The position numbers and the translations under genes were made by a program. From the IMG/VR virus record IMGVR_UViG_3300020477_000026, positions 1 to 58,283 of that record: 58,283 bases of DNA; one strand, given 5' to 3'. A model generated the notes under the pieces. The model did not search any database. It was not told where the DNA came from and worked only from the letters and a program-made list of their open reading frames with translations. Shown here piece by piece: positions 16,420 to 26,037 of this stretch. Numbering within the stretch: position 1 is the first letter of the stretch; every line of letters starts with the position of its first letter. This DNA comes from a virus (taxonomy: Duplodnaviria > Caudoviricetes).

Positions 16420-16858
16420 CCTGTATCATCCTATCTAAATCATTATGAACTTCAGGCTTAACACGGATTGCTCCTCGTCTTGCCTGCTCTAAGTAGTTTG
16501 CCAATTCAATCAATAACAATTCCAACCTACATGGGTAATCATCTTGTCTCAAATACTCAATCCTTGGGTGAGGCAACCTACAAAATTGCCATGCTACTTC
16601 TTCAGCTTGCTCACCTATAACTTCTCTTACCTGCTCTCTCTGTAGACCTAAGTCTGGTCCATAATATACAGTTCCATAACAACTATGATAAAGACCACCC
16701 ATACAAATATAATCTGGTGCGTTCATCTCATTCTGTAGAATCTCTGCAACACCTACACAGTGATCATAAAAATCTCCACCACTATGTTTTAATCCTTCAG
16801 GCCATCTTGTAGTGCATTGTTCATGCAACCACTCAACTCTTTTGTCCATTATTTTCAC
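16394..16858 (-). CDS. HD-like domain protein
   Basis: HSGG.F..H..GV...GLYHSCYGT...IGEQAE. Confidence 0.6.
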   Translation of the reverse strand: MKIMDKRVEWLHEQCTTRWPEGLKHSGGDFYDHCVGVAEILQNEMNAPDYICMGGLYHSCYGTVYYGPDLGLQREQVREVIGEQAEEVAWQFCRLPHPRIEYLRQDDYPCRLELLLIELANYLEQARRGAIRVKPEVHNDLDRMIQDEIKRKSN

Positions 16859-16988
16859 CTGCCTTGATAATCTCTTCTATTGTTCTTCCACAACCTATAC
16901 AAATTTGTTTCTCATTCAATGTGCATGTTCCGATACATGGAGAATCTTTTTTTATTTGCTCCGAGCTTCTACGTAACTGTTCAAGCAC
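16833..16988 (-). CDS. DUF1289-like small Cys-rich protein
   Basis: Not in track; SPCIGTCTL....CIGCGRTIEEI. Confidence 0.65.
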   Translation of the reverse strand: MLEQLRRSSEQIKKDSPCIGTCTLNEKQICIGCGRTIEEIIKAGENNGQKS

Positions 16989-18002
16989 CTACACCCTCTT
17001 CCAAACGGACAGTCTCATTTTAGCTTCAAGGCCACTACACGTATTCATATCAATGATCATTTGTAAGTCTGCTTTCTTCATACCTCCAACAATCATCTCA
17101 TTGATATCTTTCTCTCCACTGTCGAATGACCACACAACAATATTATAACCTTGATTAATCACTCTATCCATCTTATCAACAATTGCTTTGTTCCTCGGCT
17201 CGTTATCAAAGATGTAGACTACATTGTCTATATCAAATGGCACATGAGCATCAGAACCAGCCATAGCAATACAATTGTCCACAAACATACTATCAAAAGG
17301 GCCCTCAGTAACATATACACGTTTACTGGCATCGACGTCATCCAAGCCATACAGCTTAGGACGACTTTCGTCCAGCATTATAGTAATGTATCGTAGAGAG
17401 CTCTTAGATAAAGATCGTCCTTGGTAACCAAAGAATTTACCATTTTGAATGAATGGGATAATAAGCCTAGGCTCATCTTTGCTAACCTCTTTAAACTTAC
17501 CAGGAACCATACTGTTAGTCCACTGGTAAAATTTTGGACAATAAAATAATTTAGCATGATACGGATTAGGTATCATGCGTTGATTTATATACTTCTTGAC
17601 TGGATGATCCCAGTCTAATTGAGAGACTTTCTTTAGCTTACGAAGTGGACTACTCGATCTTCTATAGTCAGGAAAGCTCAAAGACGTCTGCTTATTAGGT
17701 GTACTTATATTTTCTTGATTCTCGAGATTAGAAGAATCTTTTAACTTCTCCAGCTTATAAGATTGATATAGACTATGGTCCTGTTCTTCCAAAAATTTAT
17801 CAAACTTTCGTGTCACACCACAGTTATGGCAATAGTATATGTAAGAGCCTTTCTTCTCCAACATGTACCCTCGAGCTTTGAATTTGTTCTTTTGACTATC
17901 ACCACAATACGGACAAGAGAAGTTGAATAGGTTGTTCTTCTGTTTAAAGTTCCGGAAGCGGTTGGATAGCTGAAGAAGGTAACTGCGTTCAATATATATC
18001 AT
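16989..18002 (-). CDS. 61: DNA primase (T4 gp61-like)
   Basis: CPYCGDS...CHNCG zinc finger; TEGPFDS, DNEPRN, KDINEM. Confidence 0.92.
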   Translation of the reverse strand: MIYIERSYLLQLSNRFRNFKQKNNLFNFSCPYCGDSQKNKFKARGYMLEKKGSYIYYCHNCGVTRKFDKFLEEQDHSLYQSYKLEKLKDSSNLENQENISTPNKQTSLSFPDYRRSSSPLRKLKKVSQLDWDHPVKKYINQRMIPNPYHAKLFYCPKFYQWTNSMVPGKFKEVSKDEPRLIIPFIQNGKFFGYQGRSLSKSSLRYITIMLDESRPKLYGLDDVDASKRVYVTEGPFDSMFVDNCIAMAGSDAHVPFDIDNVVYIFDNEPRNKAIVDKMDRVINQGYNIVVWSFDSGEKDINEMIVGGMKKADLQMIIDMNTCSGLEAKMRLSVWKRV

Positions 18003-18029
18003 ACTATACCCTGCTTAACTACAAAGTTA

Positions 18030-18057
18030 ATTATACAGGAAATCTCACTAAAGTCAA
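18030..18057 (-). promoter_or_regulatory. sigma70-like promoter TTGACT-N16-TATAAT
   Basis: Upstream of primase; TG precedes the -10. Confidence 0.6.
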
Positions 18058-18061
18058 CAGT

Positions 18062-18664
18062 TTATTTGCCCATACCATAAGTATCCATTCCAGCTACAAT
18101 ATGAATCCTGGTATCCACACTTGCATTGACGAATGTGTGCACGTGCCTTGTGTCCATTACTCTTACCTTATTGTCTGCTGGGATGTGGTGTATATCTTTT
18201 CTTTTAGATACAAAGAAGCAATCTATGTCAGTCTTCAACGCAACGTGTGCTCGGACTTCATTATCATGATGCATTGTTAAACAACATGCTGGCATCATGT
18301 TCATTGCTCTAAACCTAAGAATCTTCAATTGTAATAGGTCTTGCATCTCTTGGAACAAATCCCATATAGATGAGGACTTATAAAAGTTATTGAAGAATCT
18401 AAAGTCCGTTTCTCTTACTCTGGGTCTTCTGGGTTGTTTGACAAACGAACCATCGTCCTGTCTTACCAGGTCCCATGCTAAACTACCTGCACCCTGAAAC
18501 ACATCGTTAGGGCTTCCTTTTTGTATTGTGTTTGTGTAGCAGATTTGGTTGAGAGGACCCCAACTTGTTAGTTTGGCATATCTTTGGACATCGGCCAATA
18601 CCTTGGTAGTGTCTGTCTTTAATTCAACTGAGAGCTTTTCAAAATCTTCGTTATGCTCGTACAT
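18062..18664 (-). CDS. 2OG-Fe(II) oxygenase-like protein
   Basis: MHHD...R.H...HIPAD...DTRHVHTFVN...RIHIV. Confidence 0.6.
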   Translation of the reverse strand: MYEHNEDFEKLSVELKTDTTKVLADVQRYAKLTSWGPLNQICYTNTIQKGSPNDVFQGAGSLAWDLVRQDDGSFVKQPRRPRVRETDFRFFNNFYKSSSIWDLFQEMQDLLQLKILRFRAMNMMPACCLTMHHDNEVRAHVALKTDIDCFFVSKRKDIHHIPADNKVRVMDTRHVHTFVNASVDTRIHIVAGMDTYGMGK

Positions 18665-18667
18665 CTT

Positions 18668-18988
18668 TTATCCAAACAGTTTTGCAATCTCCATGTTGCC
18701 TGCCATCATGCCTAAGACCAATGCTCCACCCATTAGGATCCATCTCCATTTTTCAATTGCATCAATCTTCTTCATCAGCTCATCACGTAGATCACCTATG
18801 CGTTCATGTAATTTATCTATCTGTTCGTAATATTGTCTATTGAGTTCGTCTTGCTGGTCTAGCTTTGTTTCGTGGACAACTAAAACTTGCTTGATCTCGT
18901 TACTAACATCAGTTAGCTTTTGTATTGCAATATCTAATCTTGTAATTAGACTTTGATCATCTGGTGTTGCCACGTTTAAGCTCCTCAA
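18668..18988 (-). CDS. Coiled-coil protein with C-terminal TM helix
   Basis: LVVHETKL...IEKWRWILMGGA; typical neighbour of T4-like primases. Confidence 0.6.
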   Translation of the reverse strand: MRSLNVATPDDQSLITRLDIAIQKLTDVSNEIKQVLVVHETKLDQQDELNRQYYEQIDKLHERIGDLRDELMKKIDAIEKWRWILMGGALVLGMMAGNMEIAKLFG

Positions 18989-19211
18989 TTTCTTTTTCTA
19001 GTTTCTCAAGTCTTGCAGAAAGTTGAGGAAACTTCTTCATCCTTTCTTCTTCATCAGTTAGGATTTTTAACCCGTATCTATGGCTGGCCCAGGTATATAA
19101 GGAGTCCATTTTGGCATAAAACCAGACACCCGTCCGTGTATCTCTAAACCAACTTTCAGTTGCTGCACCAATTATACTACCTGCAATTGATGTAATTAAC
19201 CAGAACCACAT
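18957..19211 (-). CDS. Hypothetical membrane-anchored protein
   Basis: Hydrophobic N-terminus. Confidence 0.55.
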   Translation of the reverse strand: MWFWLITSIAGSIIGAATESWFRDTRTGVWFYAKMDSLYTWASHRYGLKILTDEEERMKKFPQLSARLEKLEKEIEELKRGNTR

Positions 19212-19420
19212 TTATAATTCCTTTGTAGTGTTCCGTAATCAATTACTTCTAGTAGATATAATCGATCATATAAAGTATTTATCTTTCCAAAGAGCTTGTG
19301 AGCGCGTTCAAGAGATAGCTTCATCTCCTTTAGATCATAATAACTTATACCACGTGCGTGGACCAATGCATGCTCGTTGTGGGGCTTAAACTTCCTTGCC
19401 ACTGGCAGGTCCCCAGCCAA
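19196..19420 (-). CDS. Hypothetical protein
   Basis: ORF track. Confidence 0.4.
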   Translation of the reverse strand: MAGDLPVARKFKPHNEHALVHARGISYYDLKEMKLSLERAHKLFGKINTLYDRLYLLEVIDYGTLQRNYKCGSG

Positions 19421-19856
19421 AACACCTTACCGACCAATATGCTGAATAGATTTTCCACTTAGGAACAGATGGATTAGCAGCTTTCATACCCAACAAGAAT
19501 ACCTTATCGGATAGTTGTCTTCCCTTCTTCCATGTGGCTTTGTCCATTCCTTCTGAATGATAGTATTTGCGTAATGCGGCATACAAATGGTCATGGATTA
19601 CAGCTGCTCTAGCAACATCCCATGGTGCAATCACGTTCCACACAATACGAGGAACAGAAGCTAGGTCAGTCCACATGCCCTTTTTGCATGTAATTCTACC
19701 AGTATTAGCAACGTCGGCTCCAACTTCCTGCAATAGGTCCCAGTCAACCTCAGTCATTCCATGACCTTTTACAGTGAACGACAACGACTTCTCCAACTTC
19801 CATTGCTTGGGAGGAGTAAACTCAGCACTGATCTTTCCGTTAAATTTACAACTCAT
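19386..19856 (-). CDS. DUF1353-like protein
   Basis: TDLASVPR...AAVIHDHLY...D.VF...M...AY.SVR.FG. Confidence 0.75.
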   Translation of the reverse strand: MSCKFNGKISAEFTPPKQWKLEKSLSFTVKGHGMTEVDWDLLQEVGADVANTGRITCKKGMWTDLASVPRIVWNVIAPWDVARAAVIHDHLYAALRKYYHSEGMDKATWKKGRQLSDKVFLLGMKAANPSVPKWKIYSAYWSVRCFGWGPASGKEV

Positions 19857-19857
19857 G

Positions 19858-20334
19858 TTATTTTCCTAATATGTTCTTAAATTTGTTTAGTAAACCAGCC
19901 TCTTCGGCTTTCTTATTTTGCTTTTCAGCTTCTTCCATCATCTGTTTATTAGCCTTATTTGTATCTTCAATCTCTTGATACTGGGCTTCGTAATACTTCT
20001 GGTATGCCTCAATAATGCTTTTTTGTTGTCTAACTAACATCATTATCTTTGTCATATTAACGGATAATGCTTCATAATCTTTGTCTGTAAGTCCAAATAA
20101 TACTGGATCATACCTTTTCTTTTCTAGCGTTTCAAAGATATCCTTTCCATTAGCTTCAGTAATGATATACCATGAAATACGATCAAGAACAACTTGGTCG
20201 ACAGCAGGTAAATCGAGTGGTACTCTATCAGCCGGTTGGTATTCTACCTGTATTGGCTTGACGCTACTGCATCCTGATATTAGGATTAGCAACCCCAGGG
20301 CAAGTCCTATTGGCTTGGCTCTTTCTATCAGCAT
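19858..20334 (-). CDS. Putative o-spanin (Rz1-like lipoprotein)
   Basis: Lipobox ISGC; overlaps the upstream TM/coiled-coil gene. Confidence 0.55.
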   Translation of the reverse strand: MLIERAKPIGLALGLLILISGCSSVKPIQVEYQPADRVPLDLPAVDQVVLDRISWYIITEANGKDIFETLEKKRYDPVLFGLTDKDYEALSVNMTKIMMLVRQQKSIIEAYQKYYEAQYQEIEDTNKANKQMMEEAEKQNKKAEEAGLLNKFKNILGK

Positions 20335-20749
20335 TGACTTCTTTTTCCTTCAGTGGGACTCCGGAGAGTATCTCAAAACATCTAAGAGTATCTTTGGATC
20401 CCTTGTTAATAATTCTTTCCAACACCTTTGGCTTTGCAGCACTCATCTTACCAATATCACGAGCACCAAGCAGCTTAGACACCTTGTTGAACTTCTTGTC
20501 CATCAGCTCAACAGTTTGCCTTGACCTAGCCAAATCAGCTTGGACCTTCTTAGTTAGCTCAGATGACCTTTTGAGATCAGCCTTTGTCTGAGCTATAACT
20601 TGTTTTTGTTGTTGAACAGCGCCTTCTAGTTTAGCTTGATTCTCAGCATATATTCTCATCTTCTCTTGAGTATCGGTGTAGTACCAATACCCAAGACCGC
20701 CCATAGCAACCATTAAAACAGCCATCATGGCAGCAAGTTTGAGTCCCAT
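20264..20749 (-). CDS. Putative i-spanin (Rz-like)
   Basis: Single N-terminal TM, long coiled coil, C-terminal Cys pair. Confidence 0.55.
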   Translation of the reverse strand: MGLKLAAMMAVLMVAMGGLGYWYYTDTQEKMRIYAENQAKLEGAVQQQKQVIAQTKADLKRSSELTKKVQADLARSRQTVELMDKKFNKVSKLLGARDIGKMSAAKPKVLERIINKGSKDTLRCFEILSGVPLKEKEVNADRKSQANRTCPGVANPNIRMQ

Positions 20750-20780
20750 ATTTTAACCTCCAGTTTCCTGTGGTTATTTA

Positions 20781-21335
20781 TCACTTCCTCATATTAGCTA
20801 ACGGATTTTCTAGCGCTCGTTTAATTTGCTTGTTCGTTTTTTCTTCCAACACTTTCATTTTGTTGGTGATGCCATCTTCCAAGCTATCCATTCTATTATT
20901 GATTCTTTCACGGAGATTATCATTACGATCATTCTCCTTGTCAATCATCTTACGAGTTGAATCTTGTATACTTTTAACTCTTCGTTCTATACTTTCAACC
21001 AGCCTTTCTGTACGAACAATCTCACCCTTGAGATCATTCTTAATTACTCTGGCTTCATCTCTGGTCTGTATAGCAGAGTCTTCAATAACCTTTTCCATCT
21101 TTTGCAATGCGTTCATATCTGTACGTAGTATTGACAGTCTTTTATCAAATCCTGATAAATCTGGTGCTACGTATGATTCTATCTTCTCCTTCATATCCAT
21201 GTAGTCTTTCCAGAATTCAAATCCTGCATAAAGACCACCTCCGAGTGTCGACAATGCTGTAACTATTACAAATATCTTCCCACCTCGAAATTTGACACCG
21301 GCAAATTCAACTTCTGTTTTGCCGTCGTCTGACAT
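20781..21335 (-). CDS. Membrane-anchored coiled-coil protein
   Basis: TM segment followed by heptad-rich region. Confidence 0.6.
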   Translation of the reverse strand: MSDDGKTEVEFAGVKFRGGKIFVIVTALSTLGGGLYAGFEFWKDYMDMKEKIESYVAPDLSGFDKRLSILRTDMNALQKMEKVIEDSAIQTRDEARVIKNDLKGEIVRTERLVESIERRVKSIQDSTRKMIDKENDRNDNLRERINNRMDSLEDGITNKMKVLEEKTNKQIKRALENPLANMRK

Positions 21336-21456
21336 TTTGTTTATCTCCTTCTTCTTTTCCTTTTCTTGTCTTTTGGTTTATACAGTTTAATTCCTACGTA
21401 AAGACCTGCACCATACGATATAATAACAGATCCAATCCAAAATAGACCTAACGTAC

Positions 21457-23271
21457 TCATTTGTACTGCATTTGCACTAATGCATTATGTGCAGCATCAC
21501 TTTGTCCCATTAAAAAGTAAGCTGCTATGTTGTTGTCAGATATTTCACCATCTGGCATTCTGCGGTCGGTGAAAAATCCCTGTGTGTCAGGCAGTTGTTT
21601 GGTGGCATCAAAGAAGCTCTTTTGCGCACCCAACACGTTCATAACGATTAGCGTCTTAACCTGGTTGACGTTAGAATACTTACCCTTATCACCCATCTTC
21701 TTCATTATTTTCTTAGCAGCTTTTTCCTTAGCTGCCTTCTTAGCTTCAGCCTTCTTTTGAGGCTTAGGTTTAGCTTTAGCTTGAGGCTTTGGTTCAGGTT
21801 TCTTAGCCTCTGCAACCTTAACTTCTTTTGGCTGCTCTTCAGTATCTTCGGTGTCTTCTACACTATCAGATCCACTAGCCTCTTCTGGTTCTGGCTCAGC
21901 GGCGGCTTTTGGTTCTGGCTGTACGGATTCTTGTTCTGGCTCTGGTTCTGGTCCCGCATCTGCGGTTTCGGGTTCTGGCTCTGGGCTGTCGGTTCCACTT
22001 TCCGACCCTGGGCCAGAAGATTGTGATGTATCTGGTTCACTGCTTGAGGTACTCGGACCCACATCTGGCATCTCCATTTCTGCTTCTACTTTGGCCTCCA
22101 ACGTTGGGCCTGCTGTAGCTCCAGTATCCGATGAACTTGGTCCTACGTCAACATCTAACGATGCTGTTTGTATTGGTGCTACTTCCATTGTAGGAGGTGC
22201 AATATCCATTTGTATTTCAGCTTCTACTGACTCCGTTGTTGGCATTGGCTCAGAACCTGGTTGTGGTCCTGGTCCTAAATCAATTGGTTGTATTGTTACA
22301 TCACCACCTGGCCCAATACCTACATCATTATTACTAAAGATATCTACAGCCACATCAATTGTCTCTTGGTCAAATGTTTGTAGAGCAACAAACTGTTCTA
22401 TTGTTTGTATAGATTGTGTAACAATTGTATTGACGACATTGTATATCACATTAACTGTAACATCATCAAACAAAGGACCTATGCCTAAGTTAATATCCCT
22501 ACCAGAGACTTCTATTGCCAACACTGTTATTCCACCACTAAATGCAAAATTACCTTGGAACAATGTATTTGTTAATGCATTGGTAGCACCAGCTGCTGAT
22601 AGTGTTTGTGTTCCTAACAGAGTTGTAGTAGTACCATCAACCTTTCTTATTCTAAAGTGAATAGAGTCAGCTGAGTCTCTCTTTTCTACTCTTATTGACC
22701 ATGGAACCTCACCACCCCTGTTTATATCACTATTGATAGAACTCATATCAATGCTTTGTATATATGTTGACCCTATTCCTGTTTGTCCAAGTGTGCTATT
22801 AAAGTTGCCACTACCTGTTATCTCTGCACACTTATCTGTTCCTAGGTCACCACACGTATTTCCATTTCGTAATTTTGCAGGACCTTGACCACCCCAGTCA
22901 GATGTCATATCTCCACCAAACTTTTGATTCCGACCCATAGAATTAACCTTAGAGTCAGTTAACAGATCACCTGTCTCTGGATTAGTAACTGTAGTAGTTG
23001 TTGTGGTAGTGGTAGTTGTGGTCGTTGTTGTAGTGCCAGTACCTGATGTTTCTACTGTCTCAGATGTTACTGACTCTTCTTCTACTGTTACACCTGGTGT
23101 GCAAAGACCACTTTGTGTTTCTGGACAAATTGAATTGGCATTAGAAGATGATGGGAATACCAAAAGGAAGACCAATAACAAAAGCAGCAATACCGATAGG
23201 GTTAATCCACCCAAACTCAGAAGGCTCTTCGGTATCACGCTCGGTGGTGGCATAGTCGTCAGGCTGAGCAT
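21457..23271 (-). CDS. Large secreted/structural protein with Thr run and Pro/Glu-rich linker
   Basis: Signal-like segment, poly-Thr, beta-rich domain, EPEPE and AKK tracts. Confidence 0.7.
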   Translation of the reverse strand: MLSLTTMPPPSVIPKSLLSLGGLTLSVLLLLLLVFLLVFPSSSNANSICPETQSGLCTPGVTVEEESVTSETVETSGTGTTTTTTTTTTTTTTTVTNPETGDLLTDSKVNSMGRNQKFGGDMTSDWGGQGPAKLRNGNTCGDLGTDKCAEITGSGNFNSTLGQTGIGSTYIQSIDMSSINSDINRGGEVPWSIRVEKRDSADSIHFRIRKVDGTTTTLLGTQTLSAAGATNALTNTLFQGNFAFSGGITVLAIEVSGRDINLGIGPLFDDVTVNVIYNVVNTIVTQSIQTIEQFVALQTFDQETIDVAVDIFSNNDVGIGPGGDVTIQPIDLGPGPQPGSEPMPTTESVEAEIQMDIAPPTMEVAPIQTASLDVDVGPSSSDTGATAGPTLEAKVEAEMEMPDVGPSTSSSEPDTSQSSGPGSESGTDSPEPEPETADAGPEPEPEQESVQPEPKAAAEPEPEEASGSDSVEDTEDTEEQPKEVKVAEAKKPEPKPQAKAKPKPQKKAEAKKAAKEKAAKKIMKKMGDKGKYSNVNQVKTLIVMNVLGAQKSFFDATKQLPDTQGFFTDRRMPDGEISDNNIAAYFLMGQSDAAHNALVQMQYK

Positions 23272-23277
23272 AATCTG

Positions 23278-23781
23278 TTAATCCTGATTCTCGGAATTCT
23301 CCGTCGTCGGCTCCGAGTTCATCGTCGTTTGTTTTTTTTTATAAAAAACAGAATCAGATGGTGCTTCTTCCCAGTTTTCGTCCCATCCTTCAGATGCTTC
23401 TGCTCCAATCTTTCCTCTATATGGACATGGTGTTCCAGCCATTATCATAGCATCAAACACTCTTGCATCTTGGCACATAACTGCCACACCAGCAACCTTC
23501 ATACCCATACCATAAATTTGTCGAGCTAGTTTTATTCTTTCACAATTTTCATCAGTAATTGTTACACCAGAAGCAAATCCAAATATCTGTGTTTGAATAG
23601 CTGCACTAGCTGCACTCTTACACACATCCGAATTGTTTACTACAATAGATGGTGCTGAAGCAGTAGGTGGTGCTTTGTCAGTTACCACTGTGGAACTGAC
23701 TGTATTTGTTTCGGCGGCCTGTACTGTCAAGATATTCATGAAGCTGAGGAGCACAGCCACCAGCAGAACTTTCTTTGCCAT
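23278..23781 (-). CDS. Secreted Cys-containing hypothetical protein
   Basis: Signal peptide; PPTASAPS...C...DENCERIKL...C...AGTPCP. Confidence 0.65.
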   Translation of the reverse strand: MAKKVLLVAVLLSFMNILTVQAAETNTVSSTVVTDKAPPTASAPSIVVNNSDVCKSAASAAIQTQIFGFASGVTITDENCERIKLARQIYGMGMKVAGVAVMCQDARVFDAMIMAGTPCPYRGKIGAEASEGWDENWEEAPSDSVFYKKKQTTMNSEPTTENSENQD

Positions 23782-23819
23782 GCGGTGACTCCATTATACT
23801 TCTTCGACTATTTAGTCAA

Positions 23820-24365
23820 TTAGTACCGTTGCTTGTGCTTCTTTTTACGTGTATATTGCTTTTTAGATTTAACAACTTGGTGTCTTCTAAAAGGTGAGTT
23901 TTTATGAAATAATACGTTGTGTGTGCGTTTTCCACTCCAGTGTGCGGCATTATCTCCTGTACCAACAACACCAGAACCTGTTGCATTAGCTGGTGCGTCT
24001 TCACCAAGGAAACTAGCTGCAACAGCTAAATCATTTGTTAAATCGATGTCTTCGTTAAGTAATCTATCTTCATCCCATTCACTATGTTCTCTTACAAACC
24101 ACAATGCTGCGGCATAAGATGCTATTTTTGAACGACCACCAGGTATCTTAGCTAACAATCTCTTCAACTTCAATACCATGTTATCAAAGATTTTGAATGA
24201 GTTTCTTTGTTCTTGTGTACGTTTATTCTTTGGTACTATAACTTTGCCATCTTTATCAATCACACCAGTTTTGTATGCAGGGAATTTCTCAAATGGTGTT
24301 ACTAACCTTTTGAGGAACTGGTAGACCAACACTGAATCAAATATTCCTGAACTTGGTATAGCCAT
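23820..24365 (-). CDS. Conserved T4-like hypothetical protein
   Basis: YQFLKRLVTPFEK.PAYK.GVID...EDAPAN. Confidence 0.65.
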   Translation of the reverse strand: MAIPSSGIFDSVLVYQFLKRLVTPFEKFPAYKTGVIDKDGKVIVPKNKRTQEQRNSFKIFDNMVLKLKRLLAKIPGGRSKIASYAAALWFVREHSEWDEDRLLNEDIDLTNDLAVAASFLGEDAPANATGSGVVGTGDNAAHWSGKRTHNVLFHKNSPFRRHQVVKSKKQYTRKKKHKQRY

Positions 24366-24745
24366 TAAATTAACCTTAGTCGTTCAACTACATATTCATC
24401 CATCGGTATAGACGATGAAAGATATACAATATTATTTATCTCTAATCGTTCTGGGAGTATTTGTAATAAAACCAAAAATGGTTTTAACAAATGTAGGTAT
24501 TGATCCAGACGAACAAAAAGCAGCTTAACAGCTGCTTCCGGTGTAAAAACGTTGGTCAAAACTACAATGTGGTTCAATATTAAGCGTTCTTTAAGCTCAC
24601 CAGTTTCGAGATATTTGTTGAATAGTCTCTTGATATATTTAAATCTCTTCAAGTCATCATAAAATTCTTCAGTAGACTGACATTGAGGATTATCATAAAA
24701 CCTTGCGGCAAATAAGAGAAAATTGTCCTCAGTTAATATATTCAT
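24365..24745 (-). CDS. Conserved T4-like hypothetical protein
   Basis: YDNPQC...EFYDDLKRFKYIKRL...ERLILNH. Confidence 0.7.
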   Translation of the reverse strand: MNILTEDNFLLFAARFYDNPQCQSTEEFYDDLKRFKYIKRLFNKYLETGELKERLILNHIVVLTNVFTPEAAVKLLFVRLDQYLHLLKPFLVLLQILPERLEINNIVYLSSSIPMDEYVVERLRLI

Positions 24746-24750
24746 TTAAT

Positions 24751-25263
24751 TTATGAAGCGTCCATCGTGCCTTGTACGTTTGATCCAGTTTCGTTAGAAC
24801 TCTTACTTGTAACTATCCAAGCAGCACCATTCCAAAGCAATGAAATACTTTCTCCAACAGTTTGGAATGTATACGTACCTGCAGATCCCAATCCAGTAAA
24901 ATCAACATCGGTAGTATTATCGACGTTCTTTGCAACAACAATCTTGACGTGTCCGACTGTAGTTGCGTTTGCTAATGTTGTTTGACAATTATTGTCATCA
25001 GCATCCAATTGTGAAACAGTTTTTGTTAAGCTCAAAGCAGCATTGTTAGAGGTTACGTTCTCTTGTGTTACAGCTAACACTTGGCCAACGGTGAGAGTTG
25101 TAATCTCAGCGTTGGCCATCTTAACATTAGCTGTAATGTCACTAAAGAACGTGTTAACAGTCACCTTCTGAGTGTTGGCAGTTCCCGAAGTGTTTGACAC
25201 TAATACAAGAACGTCTGAATTTGCTGGGGCGCCACCAGCACCCAATCCGGTGATCTTAGGCAT
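24751..25263 (-). CDS. Virion structural protein (beta-rich), paralog of 25266-25748
   Basis: KIT...KVT...TLAN...G..K.IV...W.GAAW shared. Confidence 0.65.
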   Translation of the reverse strand: MPKITGLGAGGAPANSDVLVLVSNTSGTANTQKVTVNTFFSDITANVKMANAEITTLTVGQVLAVTQENVTSNNAALSLTKTVSQLDADDNNCQTTLANATTVGHVKIVVAKNVDNTTDVDFTGLGSAGTYTFQTVGESISLLWNGAAWIVTSKSSNETGSNVQGTMDAS

Positions 25264-25265
25264 GG

Positions 25266-25748
25266 TTAACCGACAATCGTATCTGCGTCACCCGAGCTAC
25301 CAGAAGCAGCACTGAGGACTACCCAAGCCGCGCCAGTCCACATACAAACAGCTGTATCACCAGCGTCTGTGAATGTTAGATTGGTGAAACCTGATTTAGT
25401 TGCAGGGGTACAGACGGTTGATCCACCATCTGTTTTATGAACGATTACCTTAATCTGACCAATAGCATTACCATTTGCAAGTGTGGATGCAGTAGTATCT
25501 GTTGTGGTCAAAAATGTAACAAACGTGTTCGTGCTAACAGCAGCACTAGACGATACTGTTTGATCATCATATCCTTCACCAGATGTTGGGAAGGCCAAGT
25601 ACGATGGAATCTCATTGAACAGCGTCTTGGTTGTGATCTTCTTGTTTGTTGGACTTGAACCAGCAGCGTCATCAATGATGTGAAGTACATCAGTGTTGGC
25701 AACTCCCGAGCTCAGTTCCGTTAAAGCTGTAATTTTTCTATCAGCCAT
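25266..25748 (-). CDS. Virion structural protein (MADRKITALTEL N-terminus)
   Basis: AAGGAG SD; fibre/decoration-type N-terminal motif. Confidence 0.7.
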   Translation of the reverse strand: MADRKITALTELSSGVANTDVLHIIDDAAGSSPTNKKITTKTLFNEIPSYLAFPTSGEGYDDQTVSSSAAVSTNTFVTFLTTTDTTASTLANGNAIGQIKVIVHKTDGGSTVCTPATKSGFTNLTFTDAGDTAVCMWTGAAWVVLSAASGSSGDADTIVG

Positions 25749-25831
25749 TTCTTACTCCTTTATATAAACCCCTAGCGGGGAATGCTACTCCAGGCACGCA
25801 CGCAGCGTCCTAGATCACCTAAACATATTTA

Positions 25832-26022
25832 TTAACCCAGTGTGACACCTGTGAGAACTTCACGTGAACCACTAGAAGAACCAGCAGTAGTTGTTAGTGT
25901 GTTTACAGTGTCACCAGTTTTTGTAACTGCTGTTCCCCAAATAGCTGTACCTGCATCAGGACCACCAACAGCTGAACCACCACCGTGATCACCATCAACA
26001 TGTTGATGGTGATCTTTGGCAT
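25832..26022 (-). pseudogene. Small Gly/Thr-rich gene frameshifted at the centre of a 28-bp palindrome
   Basis: MPKITIN start and VDGDHGGG...GVTLG* tail are offset by 2 nt; span is 191 nt. Confidence 0.5.
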
Positions 26023-26037
26023 TATCTAATCCCTATA

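Noticed and set aside
21851-22660. 269-aa plus-strand ORF and similar antisense ORFs across 11-58 kb
   Set aside because: Shadow frames of low-complexity or strongly biased minus-strand genes.
23003-23040. Trinucleotide-like repeat
   Set aside because: It is the poly-Thr coding run with mixed codons, not an independent repeat.
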